DNA from: Pseudomonas aeruginosa
Lineage (GTDB): Bacteria; Pseudomonadota; Gammaproteobacteria; Pseudomonadales; Pseudomonadaceae
NCBI RefSeq assembly: GCF_001457615.1
Contig: NZ_LN831024.1
Location: 1,140,001 to 1,172,000, forward strand
Reading direction: 5' to 3'
DNA: 32,000 bases
Shown here: positions 1 through 9,999 of the stretch, in pieces
Position numbering within the stretch: position 1 is the stretch's first letter
How the letters are laid out: the number at the start of each line of letters is the position of its first letter
The notes under the pieces: generated by a model
Database searches by the model: none
Told to the model about the DNA's origin: nothing
Seen by the model: the letters and a program-made list of their open reading frames with translations, nothing else
Made by a program: the position numbers and the translations under genes

Positions 1-63
1 CTTGGCCGGGTATCGGACGAGGAGGATGACCCAGGTGAGAACCAGCAGCGCACCGATCAGCAT
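1..63 (-). CDS. First 21 codons of a small hydrophobic (membrane) protein that runs off the left edge
   Basis: ATG at 63..61 on the minus strand, preceded by AAGGA about 7 nt upstream. The translation MLIGALLVLTWVILLVRYPAK looks like a TM helix. It is too short to appear in the ORF track. Confidence 0.35.
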   Translation of the reverse strand, partial: MLIGALLVLTWVILLVRYPAK

Positions 64-234
64 TGAAATGTCCTTTCTTCGAAGCCGAGGGGACATCCTA
101 GCGCACTGCTGCGTATCGCAGGCGGTACGGGCACGCTTACGCGGCGGAGGCGCCGCGATATGCGCAAGGGAGGCCGAAAGTCGGGGATGCGGGTTTCGGC
201 AGGCTGGGGATAGCCGCCGCCCCCGGCCGCGCCG

Positions 235-630
235 TCATTCGCAGCGGCGCTTGCCGCCCGGCGTCAGCAGACGCTCCAGCTCGACGAACAGGCGCTCGGC
301 GTCCTGCGCCTCGCAGTCCTCGCCGTAGCGCTTCTTCAGGCCGTGTTCGCTGAGGGTCAGGTGCAGGGTTGGGACTACCTCGTGGCGCGCCAGGCAGCCT
401 TTCACGCAATGCAGCGGGCAACCGTCGAGGGCCAGGATCGGTCGCCCGGAGCGGGCCCGGCGGACCAGCAGCGGGACGTCGCCGCCGACTCCGGCGATGC
501 AGGACATCTCCGCCAGCCGGGCGCGATCCAGGCGCAGCGCGAGATCGTTGGCCAGTTGCGCCACGTTGGAGCAGCCGGAGCAGGCGTAGACCAGGGGAAG
601 GGGATCGTCGGGGCTGCGTTCGAACATCAT
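235..630 (-). CDS. DGC-domain putative zinc-binding protein (conserved hypothetical; recalled as PA3880-like)
   Basis: 131-aa ORF with Cys motifs CSGC ... LDGCPLHC, characteristic of the DGC domain family. Codon usage has high GC3. An Anr-like box lies upstream. Confidence 0.75.
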   Translation of the reverse strand: MMFERSPDDPLPLVYACSGCSNVAQLANDLALRLDRARLAEMSCIAGVGGDVPLLVRRARSGRPILALDGCPLHCVKGCLARHEVVPTLHLTLSEHGLKKRYGEDCEAQDAERLFVELERLLTPGGKRRCE

Positions 631-687
631 GACGGGCGCCTCGTGGAAGGAAGCCGCCAGTATCGACGCAGCGCCGCGGTGGATTTC

Positions 688-701
688 TTGACCGGAATCA
701 A
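688..701 (-). promoter_or_regulatory. Anr/FNR-type box TTGACcggaATCAA upstream of the DGC-domain gene
   Basis: 9/10 match to TTGAT-N4-ATCAA. The box centre (694.5) lies about 41.5 bp upstream of a predicted start near 653. A GATACT -10-like hexamer sits on the minus strand at 664..659. Confidence 0.5.
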
Positions 702-714
702 GCCCGCGCGCGGC

Positions 715-1374
715 TCACACCAGGTCGTTCTCCACCGCCCACACCGCGGCCTCGACCCGCGAACGCATGCCGAGCTTGTGCAGCACCCGCTTGACATGGA
801 CCTTCACCGTGCCTTCGGTGATGTCCAGCTTTCGCGCGATCATCTTGTTGCTGTAGCCGTGGGCGATCTGGCGGAGGATCTGCCGTTCGCGCTCGGTCAG
901 CTCGTCGAGGCTCTTCGAGCGGTCGTCGCCCCGCAGGGCCTGGGCGAGGATCTGGGTCAACTGCGGGCTGAGGGTCATCTGTCCGGTGGCGGCCTGGCGG
1001 ATGTGCTCGAGCAGGCGCTCCGGCTCCATGTCCTTGAGCAGGTAGCCGTCGGCGCCGGCGCGCAGGACGTTGACCACGTCGCCCTTGTCGTCGGACACGG
1101 TGAACACCACGATGCGCGCGTCGACTCCGGCCTCGCGCAACGCGCGCAGGGTATCCAGGCCGTTCATGCCCTTCATGTTCAGGTCCAGCAGGATCATGTC
1201 CGGGTCCAGCTCGGCGGCCAGGCGCAGGGCTTCCTCGCCGCTGCCGGCCTCGCCGACCACGCTGAGGTCGTCTTCCAGTTCGAGCAACTGGGCGACGCCC
1301 TTGCGCATCATCGGATGGTCGTCCACCAGCAGCAGGCGAACCGGCTCGTCGGCGGTGGCTGGCATGTCCGTCAT
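715..1374 (-). CDS. narL: Nitrate/nitrite response regulator NarL (receiver + LuxR-type HTH)
   Basis: 219 aa. Receiver domain ([10 protein letters not shown] ... [11 protein letters not shown]) and C-terminal HTH ([29 protein letters not shown]). 4-bp ATGA overlap with narX. Confidence 0.95.
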   Translation of the reverse strand: MTDMPATADEPVRLLLVDDHPMMRKGVAQLLELEDDLSVVGEAGSGEEALRLAAELDPDMILLDLNMKGMNGLDTLRALREAGVDARIVVFTVSDDKGDVVNVLRAGADGYLLKDMEPERLLEHIRQAATGQMTLSPQLTQILAQALRGDDRSKSLDELTERERQILRQIAHGYSNKMIARKLDITEGTVKVHVKRVLHKLGMRSRVEAAVWAVENDLV

Positions 1375-3239
1375 GGGGTCGGCTCCTTGGCGGCGGAGGG
1401 TTGCAGGGCGGTCGGCACGAAGCTGAAGAGCACTCGCGTGCCGTGGGGCGCGCGCGCTTCGAAGCGCAACTGGCTGCCGAGGGTCTGGCCGCGCTCCTGC
1501 ATGATGGTAAGCCCATAATGGCCGCTACGGTTCTGCTGCGGATCAAAGCCGACGCCATCGTCCTCGACGGCGATGCTCACCTGGCCGTCGGCCTGGCTGC
1601 TCAGGCGCACCCAGGCCCGTTGCGCCTGCGAATGGCGAACCACGTTGGAGAGCGCCTCGCGGACGATCTGCAGGACGTGGATTTCCTCGTTGGGGCTCAG
1701 CGGCACGTGTTGCAGGCGGTTGTCCAGTTCGATCGTCACCTCGCCGCGCTCGCCGAACTCGGCCACGGCGTTCCCCAGCGCGGCTTCCAGGCTCGGCTCG
1801 TCGAGGCTGAGGCGGAAGGTGGTGAGCAGTTCGCGCAGTTGCCGGTAGGCGCCGTTGAGGCCTTCGCGCAGTTCGTCGAGGGTGTCCTCGATCTTCTCCG
1901 CCGGCGCCTCGCGCTTGAGCAGGGTGCCCAGGCGGCTGACCTGGATCTTCAGGTAGGACAGCGACTGTGCCAGCGAGTCGTGCAGTTCGCGGGCGATGGT
2001 GCCGCGCTCGGCGAACAGGGCCAGGCGGCTTTCCTGTTCCTGTTGCAGGGACAGGGCGAAGGTGCGGGCGATGTTGTCGCAGAAGGTCTCGATCAGTTGC
2101 TGCTGCCAGTTCTCCAGGCGGCCGCTGCGGCTTTCGATGAACAGTTCGCCGAAACGGTGGCCGGCGATGGACAGGGGCTGCATCAGCAATGGCTGGGCCA
2201 GGGACGAGGGTTGGTCGCAGGCGCTGGCCTGCTCGCGGCAGCTACCGCAGTCGCCCTGCAGGCAGAAGTCCGCCGGGCGCTCGGTGGTGGTCAGCGAACT
2301 GTAGGCGCGCTCGACCCCGTCCTTGTTCAGGCAGAGGGTCACGCGGCCGGCGTCGAGCACTTTCTCCAACTGGTTCAGCAGCGGTTGCAGGGTGCGGCTG
2401 TCGTAGGGGTTCTCGCCCAGCCGGCGGGCGCTGGCGTAGAGCAGTTCGAGGCGCTGGTGGCTCTGCGAGAGGGCGCGGGTCTTGTCCTCCACGCGCTCTT
2501 CCAGGTCGCCGTAGATGCTCTTCAGCTCGCCGGCCATCTGGTTGAAGCGCTCGCCCAGTTGCGCCAGTTCGTCCTCGCCGCTGTAGGTGACCCGCGCGTC
2601 CAGCTCGCCGCGGCCCAGGCGGCGGGCGGTGCTGGTGAGTTCGCGCAGCGGGCCGATGACGTGATAGCTGAGGTCGTAGAGGGTGACGAACACCACCAGC
2701 AGGCTGAGGAACAGGCACAGGCCCTGCACCGTGCTGAGCAGTTGCGAGCGGCGCTCGGCCTTGGCCTGGAGGATGCCGACGAAACGGTCGATGTCGCCGA
2801 CGTAGGCGTCCAGCACGGCGCGTCCGGGCAGCGCGCGCGGGTCCAGGCGCGCGAGGCCCTCGCGCAGCTCCTGGTGCAACTGGCGGATCGGGTCGTCGGC
2901 GTCCTGGCGTTGCAGCAGGCGGCGGATGTCGCCGCTGTCGAGGCGTTCGCCGAGGGTCCCGAGCAGCGCCTGGCGGCCTTCCAGGCTGGGCTCCAGGGCG
3001 ACCCGGTAGGTGAGCATGCGCAACGAGCCGGCGTGGTTGATCACCGCGGCGTCCTGGTGCGTGTAGTCGGCGAAGAGCAGGGCGCTGAACATCCCGATCA
3101 GCGCCAGCGATACCAGCAGGGTGAGGTAGCAGCCGAAGCGGACTACCAGGGAGCGGCGCAGGATCGGCTTTCCGGCCCTGTCACTACCTCCAAAGAATCT
3201 GTCCCGCTGGTCAGCGTCCGGTGCGGTCGCCTTGTTCAT
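1371..3239 (-). CDS. narX: Nitrate/nitrite sensor histidine kinase NarX
   Basis: 622 aa. Two N-terminal TM segments flank a periplasmic domain, followed by HAMP, a HisKA_3 H-box ([13 protein letters not shown]) and an HATPase domain. Directly upstream of and overlapping narL. Confidence 0.95.
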   Translation of the reverse strand: MNKATAPDADQRDRFFGGSDRAGKPILRRSLVVRFGCYLTLLVSLALIGMFSALLFADYTHQDAAVINHAGSLRMLTYRVALEPSLEGRQALLGTLGERLDSGDIRRLLQRQDADDPIRQLHQELREGLARLDPRALPGRAVLDAYVGDIDRFVGILQAKAERRSQLLSTVQGLCLFLSLLVVFVTLYDLSYHVIGPLRELTSTARRLGRGELDARVTYSGEDELAQLGERFNQMAGELKSIYGDLEERVEDKTRALSQSHQRLELLYASARRLGENPYDSRTLQPLLNQLEKVLDAGRVTLCLNKDGVERAYSSLTTTERPADFCLQGDCGSCREQASACDQPSSLAQPLLMQPLSIAGHRFGELFIESRSGRLENWQQQLIETFCDNIARTFALSLQQEQESRLALFAERGTIARELHDSLAQSLSYLKIQVSRLGTLLKREAPAEKIEDTLDELREGLNGAYRQLRELLTTFRLSLDEPSLEAALGNAVAEFGERGEVTIELDNRLQHVPLSPNEEIHVLQIVREALSNVVRHSQAQRAWVRLSSQADGQVSIAVEDDGVGFDPQQNRSGHYGLTIMQERGQTLGSQLRFEARAPHGTRVLFSFVPTALQPSAAKEPTP

Positions 3240-3284
3240 GAGAAAAGCCTTTTAAAACAGTTAGTTGCGCAATAATTTCAGCCG

Positions 3285-3300
3285 TACCTCTTTCGAGGTA
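3285..3300. promoter_or_regulatory. NarL 7-2-7 inverted heptamer site (TACCTCT-tt-CGAGGTA)
   Basis: The left heptamer is a perfect TACYYMT and the right is 6/7 to AKRRGTA. It lies 52 bp upstream of the Anr box centre in the narX/narK1 divergent region. Confidence 0.6.
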
Positions 3301-3337
3301 GGGGCGCGCATCTAGGCACGGAACGGCCGGTATTTCA

Positions 3338-3351
3338 TTGATTCCTATCAA
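3338..3351. promoter_or_regulatory. Anr/Dnr (FNR-type) box TTGATtcctATCAA of the narK1 operon promoter, shared with divergent narXL
   Basis: Perfect TTGAT-N4-ATCAA palindrome. TAGGCT (3374..3379) is placed as a -10 for a start about 41.5 bp from the box centre. Confidence 0.85.
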
Positions 3352-3413
3352 ATTTGCATAGGAACACCTTCCCTAGGCTCTCGCTGAACGCTGTCCGTGC
3401 AGAGAGTTTAGCC

Positions 3414-4709
3414 ATGGCTTCCCTACGTCAGAAACAGTACTCCGTCCTCGGCATGAGTACCTTGTCCTTCGCGGTGAATTTCGCCGTGTGGACGATGTTT
3501 TCGATCATCGGCATCCGCATCAAGGACGAGCTCGGCCTGAGCGAATCCCAGTTCGGCCTGATGGTCGCCCTGCCGATCCTCACCGGCTCCCTGGTGCGCC
3601 TGCCGCTGGGCCTGATCACCGACCGCTTCGGCGGCCGCATCGTGTTCTTCATCCACATGCTGCTGGTGGCCATCCCGATCTACGGCCTGGCCTTCGCCAG
3701 CCAGTACTGGCACTACCTGGTGCTCGGCCTGTTCGTCGGCCTGGCCGGCGGCTCCTTCGCGGTCGGCATCGCCTACACCTCGGCCTGGTTCGAGAAGGAG
3801 CGCCAGGGCACCGCGATGGGCATCTTCGGTGCTGGCAATGCCGGCGCGGCGATCACCAACCTGGTGGCGCCGATGATCGTGGTCGCCTTCGGCTGGCGCA
3901 TGGTGCCGCAGGTCTACTCGGTGGCCATGCTGGTCACCGCCGTGCTGTTCTGGCTGTTCACCTGGACCGATCCGGCGCACCTCAAGGGTGCCGCCGAGGC
4001 CAGCCAGCGGCCGACCCTGGCCAAGCAACTGGCGCCGCTCGCCGAGCTGCGCGTCTGGCGCTTCGGCCTGTACTACTTCTTCGTCTTCGGCGGCTTCGTC
4101 GCCCTGGCCCTGTGGCTGCCGAAGTACTACATCGCCGAATACGGCCTGGACCTGAAGACCGCGTCCTTCATCACCATGCTGTTCACCCTGCCGTCCGGCC
4201 TGATCCGCGCCCTCGGTGGCTGGTTCAGCGACCACTACGGCGCGCGCTCGGTGAATTGGGGCGTGTTCTGGGTCTGCCTGGTGTGCCTGTTCTTCCTCTC
4301 CTACCCGCAGACCACCATGACCATCCACGGCATCCAGGGCGACCTCAGCCTGGGCATCGGCCTGAACGTCTGGCTGTTCACCTTCCTGGTGTTCGTCGTC
4401 GGCATCGCCCAGGGCTTCGGCAAGGCCAGCGTGTACCGGATCATCCACGACTACTACCCGAGCAACATGGGCACCGTCGGCGGCATGGTCGGGGTGATCG
4501 GCGGCCTCGGCGGCTTCTGCCTGCCGATCCTGTTCGGCTACGCCGCCGACCACATCGGCGTGCGCTCCTCCTGCTTCATGTTGCTGTTCGGCCTGACCGT
4601 GGTCTGCATGGTCTGGATGCACTACGCGATCAAGCAGCAACGCCGCATCGACGGCCAGGCCGCCTCGGCCGACGTCGACCTTCCTCCCACCCTTCCCACC
4701 CACTCCTGA
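3414..4709 (+). CDS. narK1: Nitrate/nitrite transporter NarK1 (MFS, NNP family)
   Basis: MFS polytopic membrane protein. I chose ATG 3414 (MASLRQKQYSVLG..., 431 aa) over the track's upstream non-ATG start at 3354. First gene of the nar operon. Confidence 0.9.
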   Translation: MASLRQKQYSVLGMSTLSFAVNFAVWTMFSIIGIRIKDELGLSESQFGLMVALPILTGSLVRLPLGLITDRFGGRIVFFIHMLLVAIPIYGLAFASQYWHYLVLGLFVGLAGGSFAVGIAYTSAWFEKERQGTAMGIFGAGNAGAAITNLVAPMIVVAFGWRMVPQVYSVAMLVTAVLFWLFTWTDPAHLKGAAEASQRPTLAKQLAPLAELRVWRFGLYYFFVFGGFVALALWLPKYYIAEYGLDLKTASFITMLFTLPSGLIRALGGWFSDHYGARSVNWGVFWVCLVCLFFLSYPQTTMTIHGIQGDLSLGIGLNVWLFTFLVFVVGIAQGFGKASVYRIIHDYYPSNMGTVGGMVGVIGGLGGFCLPILFGYAADHIGVRSSCFMLLFGLTVVCMVWMHYAIKQQRRIDGQAASADVDLPPTLPTHS

Positions 4710-4721
4710 GGTAATGCCGTC

Positions 4722-6128
4722 ATGGGCATGATCGCCAATACCCAACTGAAAGCCGCACGGGGACCGCTGCTGCTCGACTGGCGCCCCGAGGACCCCGAGT
4801 TCTGGGCGCGCAACGGCAAGCGCATCGCCAGCCGCAACCTGTGGATCTCGATCCCCGCGCTGCTGCTCGCCTTCGCCGTGTGGATGATCTGGAGCACAGT
4901 GACCGTGCGCCTGAACAGCGCCGGCTTCGCCTTCAGCAACGACCAGTTGTTCCTGCTCGCGGCGCTGCCGTCGATCTCCGGCGCCACCCTGCGGGTGTTC
5001 TATTCGTTCATGGTGCCGATCTTCGGCGGTCGTCGCTGGACCGCCCTGAGCACCGCCTCGATGCTGATCCCGTGCATCTGGCTGGGCTTCGCCGTGCAGG
5101 ACCCGAGCACCCCGTACTGGGTGTTCGCCCTGATCGCGCTGCTCTGCGGCTTCGGCGGCGGCAACTTCGCCTCGAGCATGTCCAACATCAGCTTCTTCTA
5201 TCCGAAGAGCCAGCAGGGCACCGCCCTCGGCCTGAATGCCGGGCTCGGCAACCTCGGCGTCTCGGTGATGCAGTTCGCCGTGCCGCTGGCGGTGGCCGGC
5301 GGCCTGTTCGGCGCCTTCGGTGGTGAGCCGCAGCAGCTCGGCGACGGCGGTCGCCTGTGGCTGCAGAACGCCGGCTGGATCTGGGTGCCGTTCATCGCCG
5401 TGGTATCGGTCGCGGCCTGGTTCGGGATGAACGACATCGCCGACGCCAAGGCCTCGTTCCGCGACCAGGCGGTGATCTTCAAGCGCAAGCACAACTGGCT
5501 GATGTGCTGGCTGTACGTGGCCACCTTCGGCTCGTTCATCGGCTTCTCGGCCGGCTTCGCGATGCTCAGCAAGACCCAGTTCCCCGACATCAACCCGCTG
5601 CAATACGCCTTCCTCGGTCCGCTGGTGGGCGCCCTCAGCCGGCCCCTGGGCGGCTGGCTGGCGGACAAGTTCGGCGGCGCGCGGATCACCCTGTGGAACT
5701 ACGCACTGATGATCGGCGGGGTGTTCGCGGTGATCGCCTTCCTGCCGGGCGACGGCGGCCAGGGCAACTTCTTCGGCTTCCTTGGCGCCTTCATCCTGCT
5801 GTTCTTCTTCGCCGGCATCGGCAACGGCTCAACCTTCCGCATGATCCCGGTGATCTTCCGCAACGAGTGGGCCCGGCGGGTGCGCGACGGCCAGGCCGAC
5901 GAAGCCGGCGCGGCGCGCAACGCGAGCATGGAGTCGGCCGCGGTGATCGGCTTCTCCGCCGCCATCGGCGCCTTCGGCGGGTTCTTCATCCCGAAGGCGT
6001 TCGGCACCTCGCTGCACATGACCGGCAGCGCCGAGGGCGCCCTCTACGTGTTCATCGCCTACTACCTGAGCTGCATCGTCGCCACCTGGTGGTGGTACGC
6101 GCGCAAGGGTGCGGAGAGTCCCTGTTGA
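4722..6128 (+). CDS. narK2: Nitrate/nitrite antiporter NarK2 (MFS, NNP family)
   Basis: 468-aa MFS protein homologous to NarK, 12 nt after the narK1 stop. GAGG lies upstream. Confidence 0.92.
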   Translation: MGMIANTQLKAARGPLLLDWRPEDPEFWARNGKRIASRNLWISIPALLLAFAVWMIWSTVTVRLNSAGFAFSNDQLFLLAALPSISGATLRVFYSFMVPIFGGRRWTALSTASMLIPCIWLGFAVQDPSTPYWVFALIALLCGFGGGNFASSMSNISFFYPKSQQGTALGLNAGLGNLGVSVMQFAVPLAVAGGLFGAFGGEPQQLGDGGRLWLQNAGWIWVPFIAVVSVAAWFGMNDIADAKASFRDQAVIFKRKHNWLMCWLYVATFGSFIGFSAGFAMLSKTQFPDINPLQYAFLGPLVGALSRPLGGWLADKFGGARITLWNYALMIGGVFAVIAFLPGDGGQGNFFGFLGAFILLFFFAGIGNGSTFRMIPVIFRNEWARRVRDGQADEAGAARNASMESAAVIGFSAAIGAFGGFFIPKAFGTSLHMTGSAEGALYVFIAYYLSCIVATWWWYARKGAESPC

Positions 6129-6203
6129 GTCCGTCGGCAGCAGCCCGCGGCAACCCCTGATTAGCGTTGTAACGCCCGGCACAGACCGGGTGAGGAGATC
6201 AAG

Positions 6204-9200
6204 ATGAGTCACCTGCTCGACCGCCTGCAGTTCTTCAAGAAGAAGCAGGGTGAATTCGCCGATGGCCACGGCGAGACCAGCAACGAGAGCCGCGCCTGGG
6301 AAGGTGCCTACCGGCAGCGCTGGCAGCACGACAAGATCGTGCGCTCCACCCACGGGGTGAACTGCACCGGCTCCTGCTCCTGGAAGATCTACGTGAAGAA
6401 CGGCCTGATCACCTGGGAAACCCAGCAGACCGACTACCCGCGCACCCGTCCGGACCTGCCCAACCACGAGCCGCGCGGCTGCCCGCGCGGGGCCAGCTAT
6501 TCCTGGTACATCTACAGCGCCAACCGCCTGAAGTACCCGAAGGTGCGCAAGCCGTTGCTCAAGCTCTGGCGCGAGGCGCGGGCGCAGCACGGCGACCCGG
6601 TGAACGCCTGGGCCAGCATCGTCGAGGACGCCGCCAAGGCGAAGAGCTACAAGAGCCAGCGCGGCCTGGGCGGCTTCGTCCGTTCCAGCTGGGACGAGGT
6701 CACCGAGATCATCGCCGCGGCCAACGTCTACACCGCCAAGACCTACGGTCCGGACCGGGTGATCGGCTTCTCGCCGATCCCGGCCATGTCGATGGTCAGC
6801 TACGCCGCCGGCGCCCGCTACCTGTCGCTGATCGGCGGGGTCTGCCTGAGCTTCTACGACTGGTACTGCGACCTGCCGCCGGCCAGCCCGCAGATCTGGG
6901 GCGAGCAGACCGACGTGCCGGAGTCGGCCGACTGGTACAACTCCAGCTACATCATCGCCTGGGGCTCCAACGTGCCGCAGACGCGGACCCCGGACGCGCA
7001 CTTCTTCACCGAGGTGCGCTACAAGGGCACCAAGACCGTCTCCATCACCCCGGACTATTCCGAGGTGGCCAAGCTCACCGACCTCTGGCTCAACCCCAAG
7101 CAGGGCACCGACGCCGCGCTGGGCATGGCCTTCGGTCACGTGATCCTGAAGGAGTTCCACCTCGACCGGCCGAGCGCCTACTTCGTCGACTACTGCCGCC
7201 AGTACACCGACATGCCGATGCTGGTGTTGCTGGAAGAACACGCCGGCGGCGCGTTCAAGCCGACCCGCTACCTGCGCGCCGCCGACCTGGCGGACAACCT
7301 CGGCCAGGACAACAACCCCGAGTGGAAGACCATCGCCTACGACGAGCGCAGCGGCGGGCTGGTCTCGCCCACCGGCGCCATCGGCTACCGCTGGGGCGAG
7401 TCTGGCAAGTGGAACATCGCCGAGCTGGACGGCAGGAGCGGTGACCAGACGCGCCTGCAACTGTCGCTGCTCGATGGCCCGGAACATGCCTGCGAGGTGG
7501 CCTTCCCGTACTTCGCCGGGCAGGAGCACCCGCACTTCAAGGGCGTCGCCAACGACGAGGTACTGCTGCGCCGGGTGCCGTTCCGCGAGATCGTCGCGGC
7601 GGACGGCAAGCGCCTGCGGGTGGCCACCGTCTATGACCTGCAGATGGCCAACTACAGCATCGACCGCGGCCTGGGCGGCGACAACGTGGCGACCTCCTAC
7701 GAGGACGCCGACACGCCCTATACCCGGCCTGGCAGGAGCGCATCACCGGCGTCCCGGCGGCGCGCGCGACGCAGGTCGCCCGCGAGTTCGCCGACAGCGC
7801 CGACAAGACCCGCGGCAAGGCGATGGTGATCATCGGCGCGGCGATGAACCACTGGTACCACATGGACATGAACTACCGCGCGGTCATCAACATGCTGATG
7901 ATGTGCGGCTGCATCGGCCAGAGCGGCGGCGGCTGGGCGCACTATGTCGGCCAGGAGAAGCTGCGCCCGCAGACCGGCTGGGCGCCGCTGGCCTTCGGCC
8001 TGGACTGGAGCCGGCCGCCGCGGCAGATGAACGGCACCAGCTTCTTCTACCTGCACAGCTCGCAATGGCGCCACGAGAAGCTGTCGATGCACGAGGTGCT
8101 GTCGCCGCTGGCCGACGCCAGCCGCTTCGCCGAACACGCCCTGGACTACAACATCCAGGCCGAACGCCTCGGCTGGCTGCCGTCGGCGCCGCAACTGAAC
8201 CGCAACCCGCTGCGCATCGCCGCCGAGGCCGAGGCCGCCGGCCTGCCGGTCGCCGACTATGTGGTGCGCGAACTGAAGAGCGGCGGCCTGCGCTTCGCCA
8301 GCGAATCGCCGGACGATCCGCAGAACTTCCCGCGCAACATGTTCATCTGGCGCTCCAACCTGCTGGGCTCCTCCGGCAAGGGGCACGAGTACATGCTCAA
8401 GTACCTGCTCGGGGCGAAGAACGGGGTGATGAACGATGACCTCGGCAAGGCCGGCGGTCCGCGTCCCACCGAGGTCGACTGGGTCAACGACGGTGCCGAG
8501 GGCAAGCTCGACCTGGTCACCACCCTGGACTTCCGCATGTCCTCCACCTGCATGTACTCGGACATCGTCCTGCCGACCGCTACCTGGTACGAGAAGGACG
8601 ACCTCAACACCTCCGACATGCACCCCTTCATCCATCCGCTGTCGGCGGCCACCGATCCGGCCTGGGAAGCCAAGAGCGACTGGGAGATTTACAAGGCCAT
8701 CGCCAAGAAGTTCTCCGCCGTCGCCGAAGGCCACCTCGGCGTGGAGCAGGACCTGGTCACGGTGCCGCTGCTGCATGACACCCCCACCGAGCTGGCGCAG
8801 CCGTTCGGCGGCGACGGCCATGACTGGAAGAAGGGCGAGTGCGAGCCGATGCCGGGACGCAACCTGCCGACGCTGCACCTGATCGAGCGCGACTACCCGA
8901 ACGTCTACCGCAAGTTCACCTCGCTCGGTCCGCTGCTGGACAAGCTGGGCAACGGCGGCAAGGGCATCGGCTGGAACACCGAGAAGGAAGTGAAGCTGGT
9001 CGGCGACCTCAACCATCGCGTCGTCGAGAGCGGCGTCAGCCAGGGCCGGCCGCGCATCGACAGCGCCATCGACGCCGCCGAGGTGGTCCTCGCCCTGGCT
9101 CCGGAAACCAACGGCCAGGTCGCGGTCAAGGCCTGGGAAGCGCTGTCGAAGATCACCGGCCGCGAGCACGCCCACCTGGCGCTGCCCAAGGAAGACGAGA

Positions 9201-9988
9201 AGATCCGCTTCCGCGACATCCAGGTGCAGCCGCGCAAGATCATCTCCAGCCCGACCTGGTCCGGCCTCGAGGACGAGCACGTCAGCTACAACGCCGGCTA
9301 CACCAACGTCCACGAGCTGATCCCGTGGCGCACCATCACCGGTCGCCAGCAGTTCTACCAGGACCACCCGTGGATGCAGGCGTTCGGCGAAGGCTTCGTC
9401 AGCTACCGGCCGCCGGTCAACACCCGGACCACCGAGAAGCTGTTGAACAGGAAGCCCAACGGCAACCCGGAGATCACCCTGAACTGGATCACCCCGCACC
9501 AGAAATGGGGCATCCACTCCACCTACAGCGACAACCTGCTGATGCTCACCCTGTCGCGCGGCGGTCCGATCATCTGGCTCAGCGAGCACGACGCGGCCAA
9601 GGCCGGGATCGTCGATAACGACTGGGTCGAGGTGTTCAACGCCAACGGCGCGGCGACCTGCCGCGCGGTGGTCAGCCAGCGGGTCAAGGACGGCATGGTG
9701 ATGATGTACCACGCCCAGGAACGCATCGTGAACGTACCCGGCAGCGAGACCACCGGCACCCGTGGCGGCCACCACAACTCGGTGACCCGCGTGGTGCTCA
9801 AGCCGACCCACATGATCGGCGGCTACGCCCAGCAGGCCTGGGGCTTCAACTACTACGGCACGGTCGGCTGCAACCGCGACGAGTTCGTCGTGGTGCGCAA
9901 GATGAGCAAGGTCGACTGGCTGGACGAACCCCGCCACGGCGGACTCGGCGGCGACGCCCTGCCGCAACCGCTGCCCCAGGACATTTGA
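6204..9988 (+). pseudogene. narG: Respiratory nitrate reductase alpha subunit NarG, interrupted by a 1-nt frameshift near 7723-7725 (or a homopolymer sequencing error)
   Basis: The N-terminal 541-aa ORF (6204..7829) carries the FS0 motif HGVNCTGSC. It matches NarG up to ...DTPYT. The continuation PAWQERITGV...MVIIGAAMNHWYH... to TGA 9986-9988 is in the frame starting at 7724. The span is 3785 nt, which is not a multiple of 3. Confidence 0.85.
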
Positions 9989-9999
9989 GGAGAGACGCC

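Noticed and set aside
7711-7829. The possibility that the narG frame change is a programmed ribosomal frameshift.
   Set aside because: No slippery heptamer or downstream stimulatory structure is evident. NarG is a single uninterrupted polypeptide in the homologues I know. A 1-nt loss in a C-run is the simpler explanation.
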